Shown here one piece after another: positions 34,201-42,812 of a stretch of 64,000 nucleotides of DNA. The stretch is from assembly GCA_963815455.1 (NCBI GenBank), contig CAWFGO010000002.1, positions 384,001-448,000 on the forward strand, in the 5' to 3' direction. The translations under genes and the position numbers were made by a program. This DNA comes from an uncultured Verrucomicrobiae bacterium (GTDB lineage: Bacteria > Verrucomicrobiota > Verrucomicrobiia > Chthoniobacterales > UBA10450). Under the pieces are notes generated by a model. It worked only from the letters and a program-made list of their open reading frames with translations. It was not told where the DNA came from and did no database searches. Each line of letters opens with the position of its first letter. Positions within the stretch are counted from its first letter, which is position 1.

Positions 34201-34898
34201 GGCCGGCCCCGGACCGAGACGTTCTGCCCGCTGTAATTTTTCAGCAAAATCAGATCGTGATAACGGAAGGCCAGCAGCCGCTCATTTTCGGCCAGGTTTT
34301 TCAGGGTCACATCCGCCTTGCCATTGGTGCCGAAGGAAAGCGATTCCAGCGGCGAGGCCCCGCGCTGATAAATGGCCGGATCGGAATCCTCCGAAGCGTT
34401 CAACTGATAGACGATGTCGATCGCCTGGGCCGCCATGCCCAGTTGCGACATGAACGAGTAAAACGCGACCACCTGTTCCTGTTTCAAACCGGCCTGCGAG
34501 ATCAGGTCGTACAGTTGAACCCCGAGCATGATCTTGCGCTCGGTGCTCAACTGCGAGCTGAGCTTCAAGGCCATGGCCGAGAGATCCTGCTGCTCGTAAA
34601 GCGCCTGCCGGAATAATTGCCGCAGCTCCGAGTAAACCGCTTCGGGGTAATCGTAACGCAGGAACCCAAGGCTCGAGTCGATCTCTTCCTCCAGCAGCAC
34701 GCCGTCGGCTTTCGAAAAACTGGCCAGCACCTGGATGAGCAACGGAAGCAGATTCGGGCCTTCCGAAACGCTGCGCGGTTTGCGCAGTGCCCGCCGGACC
34801 CAGCGCCGTCCCGTCCGCCGCACCCGGTAAGCCAGCGGGGTCACCCGCTGCATGGCGCGATCGATCTTATCCGCAACGGATGTGACCAGTTCAGTCAT
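31287..34898 (-). CDS. Large fused ABC transporter (TerB-like N-terminus, ATPase and ABC-2 permease)
   Basis: SKADGVLLEEE; GASGSGKST, LSGGE, DEPTSG and TIHQP; six TM helices. Confidence 0.85.
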   Translation of the reverse strand: MTELVTSVADKIDRAMQRVTPLAYRVRRTGRRWVRRALRKPRSVSEGPNLLPLLIQVLASFSKADGVLLEEEIDSSLGFLRYDYPEAVYSELRQLFRQALYEQQDLSAMALKLSSQLSTERKIMLGVQLYDLISQAGLKQEQVVAFYSFMSQLGMAAQAIDIVYQLNASEDSDPAIYQRGASPLESLSFGTNGKADVTLKNLAENERLLAFRYHDLILLKNYSGQNVSVRGRPLPRGGFCRIYPGQRILIGDQVLSYQELAQYFNAKKNVSVPQIFVRVNKDGDEVALERARTRESALQISFGLKVNVKALRDVDAVLNGVKLKAGTEAEATLQDRIVFHNDSEMDFLDLRRRARALGGRFQLKASKSEYLVSNNPSLLEADDILLSPGTSGDVLLKIFCDYDKRIGELLVMEADRPIMVGQTTVRTTAPLKDGDTIRIDIGQFLRCNFSERIIEEERNIIRSLEVSEITHRFGKGEVGLEGISFSVTRGELVCVMGASGSGKSTLLKVLAGQLQPTSGQVILNGQSLYPNLDRLKRYLSYIPQEDAFDEHLTIGENLQFAAAIRSPHLSRRDRTRRLEAKLMELGLGERRDAVVGSAVKKTLSGGERKRLNIGLDMIGMSDVYLFDEPTSGLSSKDSEHVIEIIRGMAHNKIIIVTIHQPSSKLFQMFHKAILLDKGGRLVFFGTPTDMLRYFAEAEHQHQFGAELGACPSCGTTRPEFIFDVLETPLRDLSGDIIYEENKRGQLVPSRRYSPEFWRDKYEAFRLIQDVKQVSLRKEPVTALPPAAAQKKRLPFRWHDEWTQFRTLLRRAFISKLRNRANLVITICVAPVLAVLIATILRYSDSGQYDFASAYHIPTFLFLSLIVAMFLGLTNSADDIIRDRPVLQRERNLNVRIPYYVISKTLTLGIFALVQCVLFVLIGNYLLQIRGMFWIDLGIMLMTAMSGVSLGLIISSIVADPKTAANIVPLVLIPQIIMGGALIKYEDMNRNLALVHTLTRWFSEHPTTERGKKMSSKLEVPFVCQFVAMRWSYEEVIVAQAKLNPLTRRQDRTQREIDLLIEQHRQDPAATRRLDELKETLAVLSGLEAKSTKELNRYLGLIDKVLDGKQPFNRALFENATGPITADQMYVNQKVSDLFSNAEMEQNDYRRGNKPNVFFGAQKRYLGIKVDILVFNTFVLIASTVALLGLLHWILRRQLEVRRS

Positions 34899-34973
34899 GA
34901 AGATTTGGAATGAAATTTTACCGTAACCCCCGGACAACGCAATGGACGGCCCTTTCCGTTCCGCGTGATCCTA

Positions 34974-35024
34974 CGGAGGGACTCGCCGAGGCGAGTCCAG
35001 GATGCGAAGAATCGCGTCCCTCCG
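34974..35024. repeat. CGGAGGG-type double-hairpin REP, family C
   Basis: cggagggactcgccgaggcgagtcc...gtccctccg; related copy at 46287. Confidence 0.7.
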
Positions 35025-35134
35025 AACATTGATCGCGCCGACGTCCAGAACCCCGCGGCCCGGCCCCTGCTCTTTGCATTGACAATTCGTTCATGTTAGC
35101 GTTTTACCACAGCGGTTAATCTCCCGCATTCCTT

Positions 35135-37171
35135 ATGCCCCAACCGGATCGCAATTCTCAACGGGAGAACAAATCCCGCGGAAACGAGCCCAATTTTAAT
35201 TGGCGCGGCGTGATTCTGATCGCCATCGCCTTCGGCTTTATCGCGCTGGCCATGCTGTTTTATCGCCAGGGAATGCAGCCGGTCGAAGACATCCCCTACA
35301 ATCGGTTCCTCGAGCTACTCGAGAACAAACAGATCGTAGTGGACAAGAATTATCCACTCCAAATCGTCATCGAAGATGGCCGGCCCACGCAAAGCCTGCG
35401 CGGCTTTTTCATCAAGCAGGGCGCAGGTTCCGCGGCGAACCAGCAGCTGCCATTTCGGACTACTATCTATTTGAGCTTCACCAAGAGCCTCGAGGAAAAA
35501 CTCAAGGCCGCCGGGATTGAGCCCGCGTTTAAGACCGAATCCAATGTCGTTGCTCAAACCGTGATCGGTTTTCTGCCGATCGCGCTTTTCCTGCTCGTTC
35601 TCTATTTCCTGTTCCGTCAGCAAATCCGCATGGCCGGCAAAGGCGCGCTCAATTTCGGCAAGTCCAAGGCCCGGATGCTGGCCCGCGACAAGAACAAGAT
35701 CACCTTCCGCGACGTCGCCGGGGTCGAGGAAGCGAAGGACGAAGTGCAGGAGTTGGTCGAATTTCTCCGCGACCCGAAAAAGTTTCAGAAACTCGGTGGC
35801 CGCATTCCCAAGGGCGTGTTGCTGGTCGGGCCTCCCGGCACCGGCAAGACTTTGCTCGCCCGCGCCATTGCCGGCGAAGCCGATGTTCCATTCTTTTCCA
35901 TTAGCGGCTCCGATTTCGTGGAAATGTTTGTCGGAGTCGGCGCCAGTCGGGTCCGCGACATGTTCGAGCAAGGCAAGAAATCCGCGCCGTGCATTATTTT
36001 CATCGACGAAATCGACGCGGTCGGCCGCCATCGTGGACACGGAGTCGGCGGCGGTCACGACGAGCGTGAGCAAACGCTCAATGCTTTGCTGGTCGAGATG
36101 GACGGCTTCGACACGCAGGAAGGCGTTATCATCATCGCCGCCACCAACCGGCCCGACGTTCTCGATCCCGCGTTGCTGCGCCCCGGACGGTTCGATCGAC
36201 AGATCACTGTCAATTTGCCCGACGTGAAAGGGCGCGAAGAAATTCTGCGGGTCCACTGCAAGAAAGTGAAACTGGCCGAAGGCGTCGATCTGGCCGTGGT
36301 CGCACGGGGCACACCCGGTTATTCCGGGGCCGAGCTGGCCAATGTGATCAACGAAGCGGCGCTGCTCGCCGCCCGTCGCGGACTCAAAGGAATCACGCTC
36401 TCCGAGCTCGAAGAAGCCCGAGACAAAGTCCGCTGGGGCAGAGAACGCCGCAGCTTGTCGATGAGCGAAAAGGAAAAAACCAACACTGCGTATCACGAAG
36501 CCGGCCACGCGTTGTTGCTCGAGCTTTTGCCGCATACCGAGCCGCTCCACAAGGTCACCATTATCCCGCGCGGCCCGTCGCTGGGATCGACAATGTGGTT
36601 GCCCGAGGAAGACAAATATACCAATCGCAAAAACGAATTGCTGGCCAGTCTCACCGTAAAAATGGGCGGACGCGTGGCCGAGGAAATCGCGTTCGGCGAT
36701 GTCACTAACGGCGCCGCCGGCGACATCAAGATGGCTACTTCCATGGCTCGCAAGATGGTTTGCGAATGGGGCATGAGCGAACGACTCGGCATGGTCGAAT
36801 ACGGCGAGCACGAAGATTACGTTTTTCTCGGACGCGATATTTCCCGGGCCCGCGACTACAGCGAAGCGACCGCCCAGGAGATCGATCAGGAAGTGCGCCG
36901 GCTTTTGGATGACGCCTATCAGGGCGCCAGGCAAGCGCTCCTGGCCAATCGCGACAAACTCGACGCGATTGCCAAAGCGCTGCTCGAATACGAAACGCTC
37001 GATGGCGCTCAGATCAAAGAGATCATGGAATACGGCCGTATGCTGAAACCGCCGCCGACCGTCACTCCCACCAGCGGCCACAAAATGCCGCCCGAAAAAC
37101 CGCCCAAACAAGTCATCGCGCCCGACGTCGCCCCGCCCCTCCCCGGCGCCCTCGGCGGTGCTCCGGCGTAA
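35135..37171 (+). CDS. ftsH: ATP-dependent zinc metalloprotease FtsH
   Basis: [23 protein letters not shown] and HEAGH. Confidence 0.97.
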   Translation: MPQPDRNSQRENKSRGNEPNFNWRGVILIAIAFGFIALAMLFYRQGMQPVEDIPYNRFLELLENKQIVVDKNYPLQIVIEDGRPTQSLRGFFIKQGAGSAANQQLPFRTTIYLSFTKSLEEKLKAAGIEPAFKTESNVVAQTVIGFLPIALFLLVLYFLFRQQIRMAGKGALNFGKSKARMLARDKNKITFRDVAGVEEAKDEVQELVEFLRDPKKFQKLGGRIPKGVLLVGPPGTGKTLLARAIAGEADVPFFSISGSDFVEMFVGVGASRVRDMFEQGKKSAPCIIFIDEIDAVGRHRGHGVGGGHDEREQTLNALLVEMDGFDTQEGVIIIAATNRPDVLDPALLRPGRFDRQITVNLPDVKGREEILRVHCKKVKLAEGVDLAVVARGTPGYSGAELANVINEAALLAARRGLKGITLSELEEARDKVRWGRERRSLSMSEKEKTNTAYHEAGHALLLELLPHTEPLHKVTIIPRGPSLGSTMWLPEEDKYTNRKNELLASLTVKMGGRVAEEIAFGDVTNGAAGDIKMATSMARKMVCEWGMSERLGMVEYGEHEDYVFLGRDISRARDYSEATAQEIDQEVRRLLDDAYQGARQALLANRDKLDAIAKALLEYETLDGAQIKEIMEYGRMLKPPPTVTPTSGHKMPPEKPPKQVIAPDVAPPLPGALGGAPA

Positions 37172-37183
37172 GCCTGCACACTG

Positions 37184-37579
37184 ATGACCTGGTGGGTTCG
37201 CAGATTTACATGCGCGACCGCGTGTATCCTTAGTGCGATCTTCGCTCTGAGCGCCAAAGGGCAGTCGCGCAATAAAACTGACCAAGAGCCATGGCAGCGG
37301 GATGTTGTACTAATGGTTAAGCCGATATATCCGCACGACGAACATTCTTGGTCGATAAGGGAAGGTCGAGGAATTTTTCGCCTTTTCATCGATGAAAGCA
37401 CGGGGAAAGTGACACGTGTCAACGTGCTGAAGTCCACCCGCTACGGCGTACTCGACGGCGCTGCCATCCGCGCCTTGCGCCAATGGCGGCTAAAGCCCAA
37501 GACTTGGAAACAAATCGACGTACCCGTGACTTTTAAGCTCGATTCGTCAGAACCTACGCGACCAGCCCCCCCTCCATAG
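37184..37579 (+). CDS. TonB C-terminal domain protein
   Basis: PIYP, STRYGVLDGAAIRALRQWRLKP and VPVTF. Confidence 0.75.
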   Translation: MTWWVRRFTCATACILSAIFALSAKGQSRNKTDQEPWQRDVVLMVKPIYPHDEHSWSIREGRGIFRLFIDESTGKVTRVNVLKSTRYGVLDGAAIRALRQWRLKPKTWKQIDVPVTFKLDSSEPTRPAPPP

Positions 37580-37654
37580 GCTTTTCACACAGATAGCAAT
37601 CCAAAGGCAGCGAGAATGCTCAGCGGCCTCCGCAATTCGCTGCTCGATTCCTGA

Positions 37655-37740
37655 CCCTCAACTTCTCTACTTCTTCCCGCCCTCAACTCTCAACCCTCAA
37701 CCTCCCCTCAACCCTCAACCAAGACCCTCAACTCTCACTT
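37655..37740. repeat. Degenerate heptamer tandem repeat (C/T)CTCAAC
   Basis: About 8 copies, e.g. cctcaactctcaaccctcaac. Confidence 0.8.
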
Positions 37741-37818
37741 GGCAGCCGATTCTTCCAGAGTTAAATCAGAAGGCATGACCCCGTCCTATCCACCGCCCCC
37801 CCTTCGAGCCTCAACCTA

Positions 37819-37875
37819 GTTAGACGAAAAAATGTTCGCCTTTAATTACGAACCTTCGTCTAATTCTCGTTAGGT
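37819..37875 (+). mobile_element. Candidate integron attI site
   Basis: cgtcTAAttctcGTTAGGT simple site with an upstream GTTAGAC repeat; GTTAGGTC is complementary to the R'' of the first attC. Confidence 0.5.
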
Positions 37876-37891
37876 CTATGGCGCGCGAAAC

Positions 37892-38158
37892 ATGATGGGC
37901 CGGCTACCGTTCATGAAGGCCCGTTTGTCGGGCATCGCATTGGCTGAGGTTCTCATGATCACAGCAATGTTCCTCCTCGTTGCCTCCTTATTTATTCGGT
38001 TCCGTTATGGCCATGCTTGGCTTGCCGCAGAGTATTCGTTCGTCGAGTCGCACGGCATCAGTCGTGGGGTGTATGACACGTGCAAGATTGCTTTCTTCCG
38101 CGTCCTCGCTGTATGCTATCTTGCATATCGGATTCGGCAGGCGTGGCGACACCGTTGA
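37892..38158 (+). CDS. Cassette 1: small membrane protein
   Basis: 88 aa, two hydrophobic segments, ends just before attC1. Confidence 0.65.
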   Translation: MMGRLPFMKARLSGIALAEVLMITAMFLLVASLFIRFRYGHAWLAAEYSFVESHGISRGVYDTCKIAFFRVLAVCYLAYRIRQAWRHR

Positions 38159-38177
38159 ATAGTTTGAACCCCAATCG

Positions 38178-38300
38178 ACCTAACCAATCAGTCGAGCTAA
38201 CCGCCACCCGTCGTGCGCTCAAGCTTTCTATGACCAAAGCTTCTTCACTTCGAACCACACTCGCTCTCGGTGGCGGTAGCTCACTTCTGTCTCGTTAGGT
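38178..38300 (+). mobile_element. attC site 1
   Basis: ACCTAAC-caatc-AGTCGAGC...GCTCACT...GTTAGGT; L boxes with one extra base; 123 bp. Confidence 0.9.
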
Positions 38301-38316
38301 CTCAGACCGAGCGCTC

Positions 38317-38817
38317 ATGCAAGACACCCCACGCGACCATGAATACCGGCTCTTCCGAGGTGCATACATCCTGGGCGTTGGAACCCCTATTATTTTGTTG
38401 GCCCATCGATATGATTATGCGCCCACTCTCGAACGATACATTTTTATCTATGGGCACGAAAAGACCCTTCTACGCACTGCCACCGAGTGGCGGTTCTCGG
38501 GTAATCGTCCCAGCCAGTCCATCACTCGAGAGTCATTGTTCGCGGAGGAGCTTTCAGCCGCGCAAATACAACTGGTGGATTGGATGTTCGAGAAGAAACC
38601 GGACCTCTGTCGAGGACTTGGCTTAACGGCATTGTTTCTCGATATACAGCCGACGGATGACGTGGAACTTTCCCGACTCTACACTTTTCGCGGATTCGAT
38701 GCGGAGATAGACCGTATTTACGAGGTGACCAAATGCTTTGCGCTGTGCGACACCCTCAAAGAAATCTGTTCACAAGGAAAGTGTTCTCGTCCACCCTTAG
38801 ACCTGTTCGACAGTTAG
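38317..38817 (+). CDS. Cassette 2: hypothetical protein
   Basis: 166-aa ORF whose stop abuts attC2. Confidence 0.7.
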   Translation: MQDTPRDHEYRLFRGAYILGVGTPIILLAHRYDYAPTLERYIFIYGHEKTLLRTATEWRFSGNRPSQSITRESLFAEELSAAQIQLVDWMFEKKPDLCRGLGLTALFLDIQPTDDVELSRLYTFRGFDAEIDRIYEVTKCFALCDTLKEICSQGKCSRPPLDLFDS

Positions 38818-38941
38818 ACCTAACCAATCGCTCGAGCCAACCGCTGACCGCGCCGATGTTTAGTTTTCATATGACTTCAACATTCAATTCCGCAGCACAG
38901 CTCGCTCCCATCAGCGGTGGCTCAGCTCGTTCTCGTTAGGT
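38818..38941 (+). mobile_element. attC site 2
   Basis: ACCTAAC-caatc-GCTCGAGC...GCTCAGC...GTTAGGT; 124 bp. Confidence 0.9.
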
Positions 38942-38943
38942 CT

Positions 38944-39318
38944 ATGCCGCATCGTTTACTCTTTTCTGCTCTTATTACGATACTGCTTGCTTCGTGTGAT
39001 GAGGACATCCAGGTCATCTCGCCAGAGGGATACGTTGCGGGCTCCACTGAGCTGGACGGCACGGTCCATGCCGTGCCAGACAAGAGTCTCTATCGCACCA
39101 TGGAAGCTGCCGTTCAGACGCGAGACCCCTCCACTTTGGTATTTCCTGATGAAACCGAGCCATGGTTTACACTGGCTGGTGGAGATCGCATCCGACTGCT
39201 TGAGGTGGATGAGGACGAGGCGATTGCCGAGGTCGAAGTCCTTAGCGGGTTACACACCGGCATCACGTGTTGGATATCTGTAGATTGCGTAGTTCTGGAC
39301 GACGCGACAGATGATTGA
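38944..39318 (+). CDS. Cassette 3: acidic lipoprotein
   Basis: MPHRLLFSALITILLASC lipobox; stop overlaps the attC3 R''. Confidence 0.75.
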   Translation: MPHRLLFSALITILLASCDEDIQVISPEGYVAGSTELDGTVHAVPDKSLYRTMEAAVQTRDPSTLVFPDETEPWFTLAGGDRIRLLEVDEDEAIAEVEVLSGLHTGITCWISVDCVVLDDATDD

Positions 39319-39440
39319 CCTAACCAATCGCTCGAGCCAACCGCCACCCGACGTGCGCTCACATTTAAGATGATTAAAACGGCTTCAATCGCAGCGACGC
39401 TCATTGTCGGCGGCGGTGGCTCAGCTCCGTCTCGTTAGAG
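39318..39440 (+). mobile_element. attC site 3
   Basis: ACCTAAC-caatc-GCTCGAGC...GCTCAGC...GTTAGAG; 123 bp. Confidence 0.9.
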
Positions 39441-39666
39441 GCAAAGACCCGCTGCATTATTTTCTGCTTTTCCCAGATGCTGTCTTTGGTTATCGTCATG
39501 CTCGTGAGCGGTGCAGCTCTGGTCCACATACCGGATTCGAGATCATTGTTCCGGGGCGTCAGGACGGCTTCGGCCATAAATCCTGCTCGCAGGAGCGCCA
39601 ATCTCTTTGGGCGCACCGTCTCACACCTCTTCTTTCGGCCATGCACGTGATGTCGCCAGCCTTTGC

Positions 39667-39821
39667 CCCTAACCAATCGCTCGAGCGAACTCTGAACTCC
39701 GAAAGTTTTCGCGAGCAAGCACGCCTGCCGCTGTAAAATCGACATTTGATTTTATGAAACAGATTTCAACGTTTGCCGCGCCCGCTCCCCGCAGCGGTGG
39801 CTCAGCTCCGTCTCGTTAAGT
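39667..39821 (+). mobile_element. attC site 4 (about 30-bp insertion in left arm)
   Basis: CCCTAAC-caatc-GCTCGAGC...GCTCAGC...GTTAAGT; 155 bp. Confidence 0.8.
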
Positions 39822-39844
39822 TTGGACCAGGTCCCTGCGAAAGA

Positions 39845-40618
39845 ATGCGATTGGATACGACGTCGGAGCCACTTGATCGACCTTCCATGGAGGCTTTGGT
39901 CGAAGCCGGGATGCTGAAGTTTGAGAGCCTCCATCCCGGGGGTTTGGAGTTAACCGGGGAACTGGCTGAGCTATGCAACATCCGGAAAGGCGCCAAGGTG
40001 CTGGATGTCGCTTCCGGCACGGGAGAAACCGCTTGCTTTCTGGTCGAGAGATTCGCAGCTCGGGTCTTGGGAATTGATCGGTGCGACCAGATGATTCGGC
40101 GGGCCGAATCGAAGGCACGAGCCAATAGCCTGCAGGTGGAATTTAGACGGGCCGAAGCGACGAATCTGCCATTCGCCGACGCCGAGTTCGACGCCGCGAT
40201 TTGCGAATGCACACTGTGTTTTCTAAACAAGGAACACGTAATCGGCGAGATGGCGCGGGTGGTGCGTCCCGGAGGATACGTCGGCATCCACGACTTGTGC
40301 TGGAAAGAGCATACTCCTCGGGCTTTGAAACGCGCTCTTGCGGAAATTGAAAATGAAAAACCGGAAACGCTTGAAGGATGGCAACGGCTATTTAGCGAGG
40401 CTGGTCTGGTCCAGGTCAACGCCATCGATAAATCCGAACTAATCGCGCAATGGATGCGCAAATCGAAGAAACACCTTGGGTTGACCGGACAGTTCGCACT
40501 GGTCCTGAAGATTTTGCGGCGGTGGGGAATTCGCGGCTTATGGACGATCTTGAAATCGGGGCGAGTATTCTCGAGCAAATTTCTGGGCTATGGAATCATA
40601 GTCGGGAAAAAGCGATGA
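39845..40618 (+). CDS. Cassette 5: class I SAM-dependent methyltransferase
   Basis: LHPGG, VLDVASGTG, LPFADAEFD and RVVRPGG. Confidence 0.88.
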   Translation: MRLDTTSEPLDRPSMEALVEAGMLKFESLHPGGLELTGELAELCNIRKGAKVLDVASGTGETACFLVERFAARVLGIDRCDQMIRRAESKARANSLQVEFRRAEATNLPFADAEFDAAICECTLCFLNKEHVIGEMARVVRPGGYVGIHDLCWKEHTPRALKRALAEIENEKPETLEGWQRLFSEAGLVQVNAIDKSELIAQWMRKSKKHLGLTGQFALVLKILRRWGIRGLWTILKSGRVFSSKFLGYGIIVGKKR

Positions 40619-40995
40619 TCTCCGCTTTCGTGGAATCCCCGGCGCGGCAAGAATGCAACCTCGCCGTGCTTCCGGTTTCAGGAACGGAACGGGAACTAAC
40701 CGCTACCCGTCGCGCGCACTGCTCCCTTGCGCCCTTCCTCGGCTACCGCGAGGATGATACAGTCTTTGTGGACATCCAGCCCTAAATAGAGTTCTTTTTT
40801 CATTGGTGTGTTTGTTTGTTCGAGTTGTTAAAACTGCAACGCTCCGGAACACTCGTTGTCCCGGCCGTTCGTGCGGCTCTGCTCCTTTACCGGAGTAGCC
40901 CGCGAAAAAATATGAACGGCAAACGCACCCTTCTTTTCAACCCCGTGCTCGCGCGCTCATCTCCCGCCCGCAGCCATAAAGTCTAGGCCCATCGG

Positions 40996-42027
40996 ATGAA
41001 GCGTCTTCTCGTCATCATCCTTATTATTGTTGCAGTTCTTGTGGCGGCCCTTGGGCTCGCGATCGCACTTGGCGGACCGGGCAAGGCGCCACCGCCAATG
41101 TCGAGCATTAACGACCCTTTCACGAACATGGATTTCTCCGATCTACCGGAAGCGAGTTACGTTACGGCTCGCGATGGCACTAAGCTCGCCTTTCGGGCCT
41201 ACCCGGCTGCCGGTGACGCTGTCAAAGGCAGCGTGGTGCTCGTGCACGGCTCGTCTGCCAGTAGCAGCAGCATGCACCTGATGGCCAAGGGATTTGCCGC
41301 CGCTGGCTATGCTGCTTACACGCTGGACATCCGCGGACACGGCAAATCAGGCACCAAAGGCCACATCGCTTATATCGGACAGTTGGAGGACGACCTCGAA
41401 GACTTTGTCCATTCGACCAAATTGGCTCAGCCTTCCACGCTCGCTGGATTCTCTTCCGGCGGCGGATTTGTGCTTCGCTTCGCGGGCAGTCCACGTCAGG
41501 AACTATTCTCCAACTATCTTCTTCTTTCTCCTTGGATTAGTCAGGACGCAGCAACGTTGCGTCCGGGCAGCGGCGGCTGGGCTACGGTGGGGGTTCCGCG
41601 CATCATCGCGATCGCCGTGCTAAACGGGTTTGGAATGCACGCGTTTGACGACCTGCCGGTGGTCAGATTTGCGGTCGCCGAGAGGGACAAAGGCTTGCTC
41701 ACCCCGCAATATTCCTTCGCCCTCGCACAGAACTTCAGGCCTGAGCGCGATTACCAGGCAAACATTCGAGCGATTAGGCAAACTCTTCGGGTGCTCGTGG
41801 GTCAAAACGATGACGTGTCGTACGCCGATCGGTTTGCAGCCGTTTTCAAGACAGCTGGCAAAGATGTTCCTGTTACAGTTCTCCCGGGGATCGACCACAT
41901 CTCACTCACCCTTGATCCAGTCGCCGTCCAAGCGGCAATCGCGGCGGTTGAAAGCATGGATCACGAAAAGCCTAACCAAACGATGCAGGCAACCGCTGGC
42001 CGTTGTACTGAGAAAGTTGAGGGTTGA
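40996..42027 (+). CDS. Cassette 6: exported alpha/beta hydrolase
   Basis: LVHGS, DIRGHG, GFSSGG and GIDH; C-terminus reads into the attC. Confidence 0.85.
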   Translation: MKRLLVIILIIVAVLVAALGLAIALGGPGKAPPPMSSINDPFTNMDFSDLPEASYVTARDGTKLAFRAYPAAGDAVKGSVVLVHGSSASSSSMHLMAKGFAAAGYAAYTLDIRGHGKSGTKGHIAYIGQLEDDLEDFVHSTKLAQPSTLAGFSSGGGFVLRFAGSPRQELFSNYLLLSPWISQDAATLRPGSGGWATVGVPRIIAIAVLNGFGMHAFDDLPVVRFAVAERDKGLLTPQYSFALAQNFRPERDYQANIRAIRQTLRVLVGQNDDVSYADRFAAVFKTAGKDVPVTVLPGIDHISLTLDPVAVQAAIAAVESMDHEKPNQTMQATAGRCTEKVEG

Positions 42028-42116
42028 GAGATGATAGTTGAGAGGTAAGCAAAGCTCGCTGCCGCCAGTCGAAGACTCGCCGTGGAGAGCGGTGGCTGAC
42101 CTCCGTCTCGTTGATA
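41970..42116 (+). mobile_element. Terminal attC site (degenerate)
   Basis: GCCTAAC-caaac-gatgcagg...agcggtggctgacctccgtctc-GTTGATA. Confidence 0.7.
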
Positions 42117-42261
42117 TGGCCTGCGCCATTTATGTATTCCGCGGTTTCTCGCGGGCATGTTCACCAAGGGTATTCCAAAGCTGGAGCGTTGGCAGAAATC
42201 TCCATAGGGCGACTTGCCCTGATCCCAGCGCGTTCCAACGGCCCGGCGATGCCGGGAAGTT

Positions 42262-42594
42262 TTATTCGCGTCTTTGTTTCTCAACCAAATGCCGCAACTG
42301 GCGTTCCATGGTTTTGAACGCGTCGTGGATCACTTTTCTGAGCGGCTCGTGGGTGCCGTTGTCCACTTGTTGTTCCTCGGCCACCAGCTCGTGCCGTGGC
42401 CGAACGGTCACGTCGATCCTGACCCGGAACGGGTTTCCCTTGTGATGGGCATGGTTCGGCTGCTCGATGGCCACGTCGCACCGGTTGATATGGTCGCAGA
42501 ATTTATCGAGCCGCGCGGCGTATTCGATTACGAGATTGTCGATGTTGTCCGATTTCTCCAGGCCGCGGTAAGTGACGTTAATAGGCAGTTGCAT
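42262..42594 (-). CDS. HPF/RaiA-family ribosome-associated protein
   Basis: MQLPINVTYRGLEKS, CDVAIE, FRVRIDVTV and DAFKTMERQL. Confidence 0.85.
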   Translation of the reverse strand: MQLPINVTYRGLEKSDNIDNLVIEYAARLDKFCDHINRCDVAIEQPNHAHHKGNPFRVRIDVTVRPRHELVAEEQQVDNGTHEPLRKVIHDAFKTMERQLRHLVEKQRRE

Positions 42595-42648
42595 ACTTAA
42601 AGAAAGCTTAACCCATTCTGTGCACCGCGCGCGAACAAAAAGTCCAAC

Positions 42649-42791
42649 TGTCGTCCTGAGCGGAGCGAAGGACCTCGCGAACACAGATGCGCCTTTCTTG
42701 TATAATCACGCGTTGATCTTGAATCGTGCCTGGCAAACGCTTGCGCGATCCTAAACCTACTGTGAGGTCCTTCGCTCCGCTCAGGATGACA
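42649..42791. repeat. Family A palindromic element
   Basis: tgtcgtcctgagcggagcgaaggacctc ... gaggtccttcgctccgctcaggatgaca. Confidence 0.9.
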
Positions 42792-42812
42792 AATCTGAGC
42801 GCGCGGACAAAT

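Noticed and set aside
35315..37285. 656-aa antisense ORF over ftsH, and similar long shadow ORFs elsewhere
   Set aside because: Expected from GC-rich codon bias opposite conserved genes; no recognisable motifs
38917..38943. ORF starts inside attC sites (MAQLVLVR, MAVAHFCLVR and similar)
   Set aside because: These are translations of attC right arms, not real N-termini
38178..42116. Regularly recurring repeats as a CRISPR array
   Set aside because: Units are 120-155 bp imperfect palindromes separated by whole genes with attC boxes, and no cas genes are present
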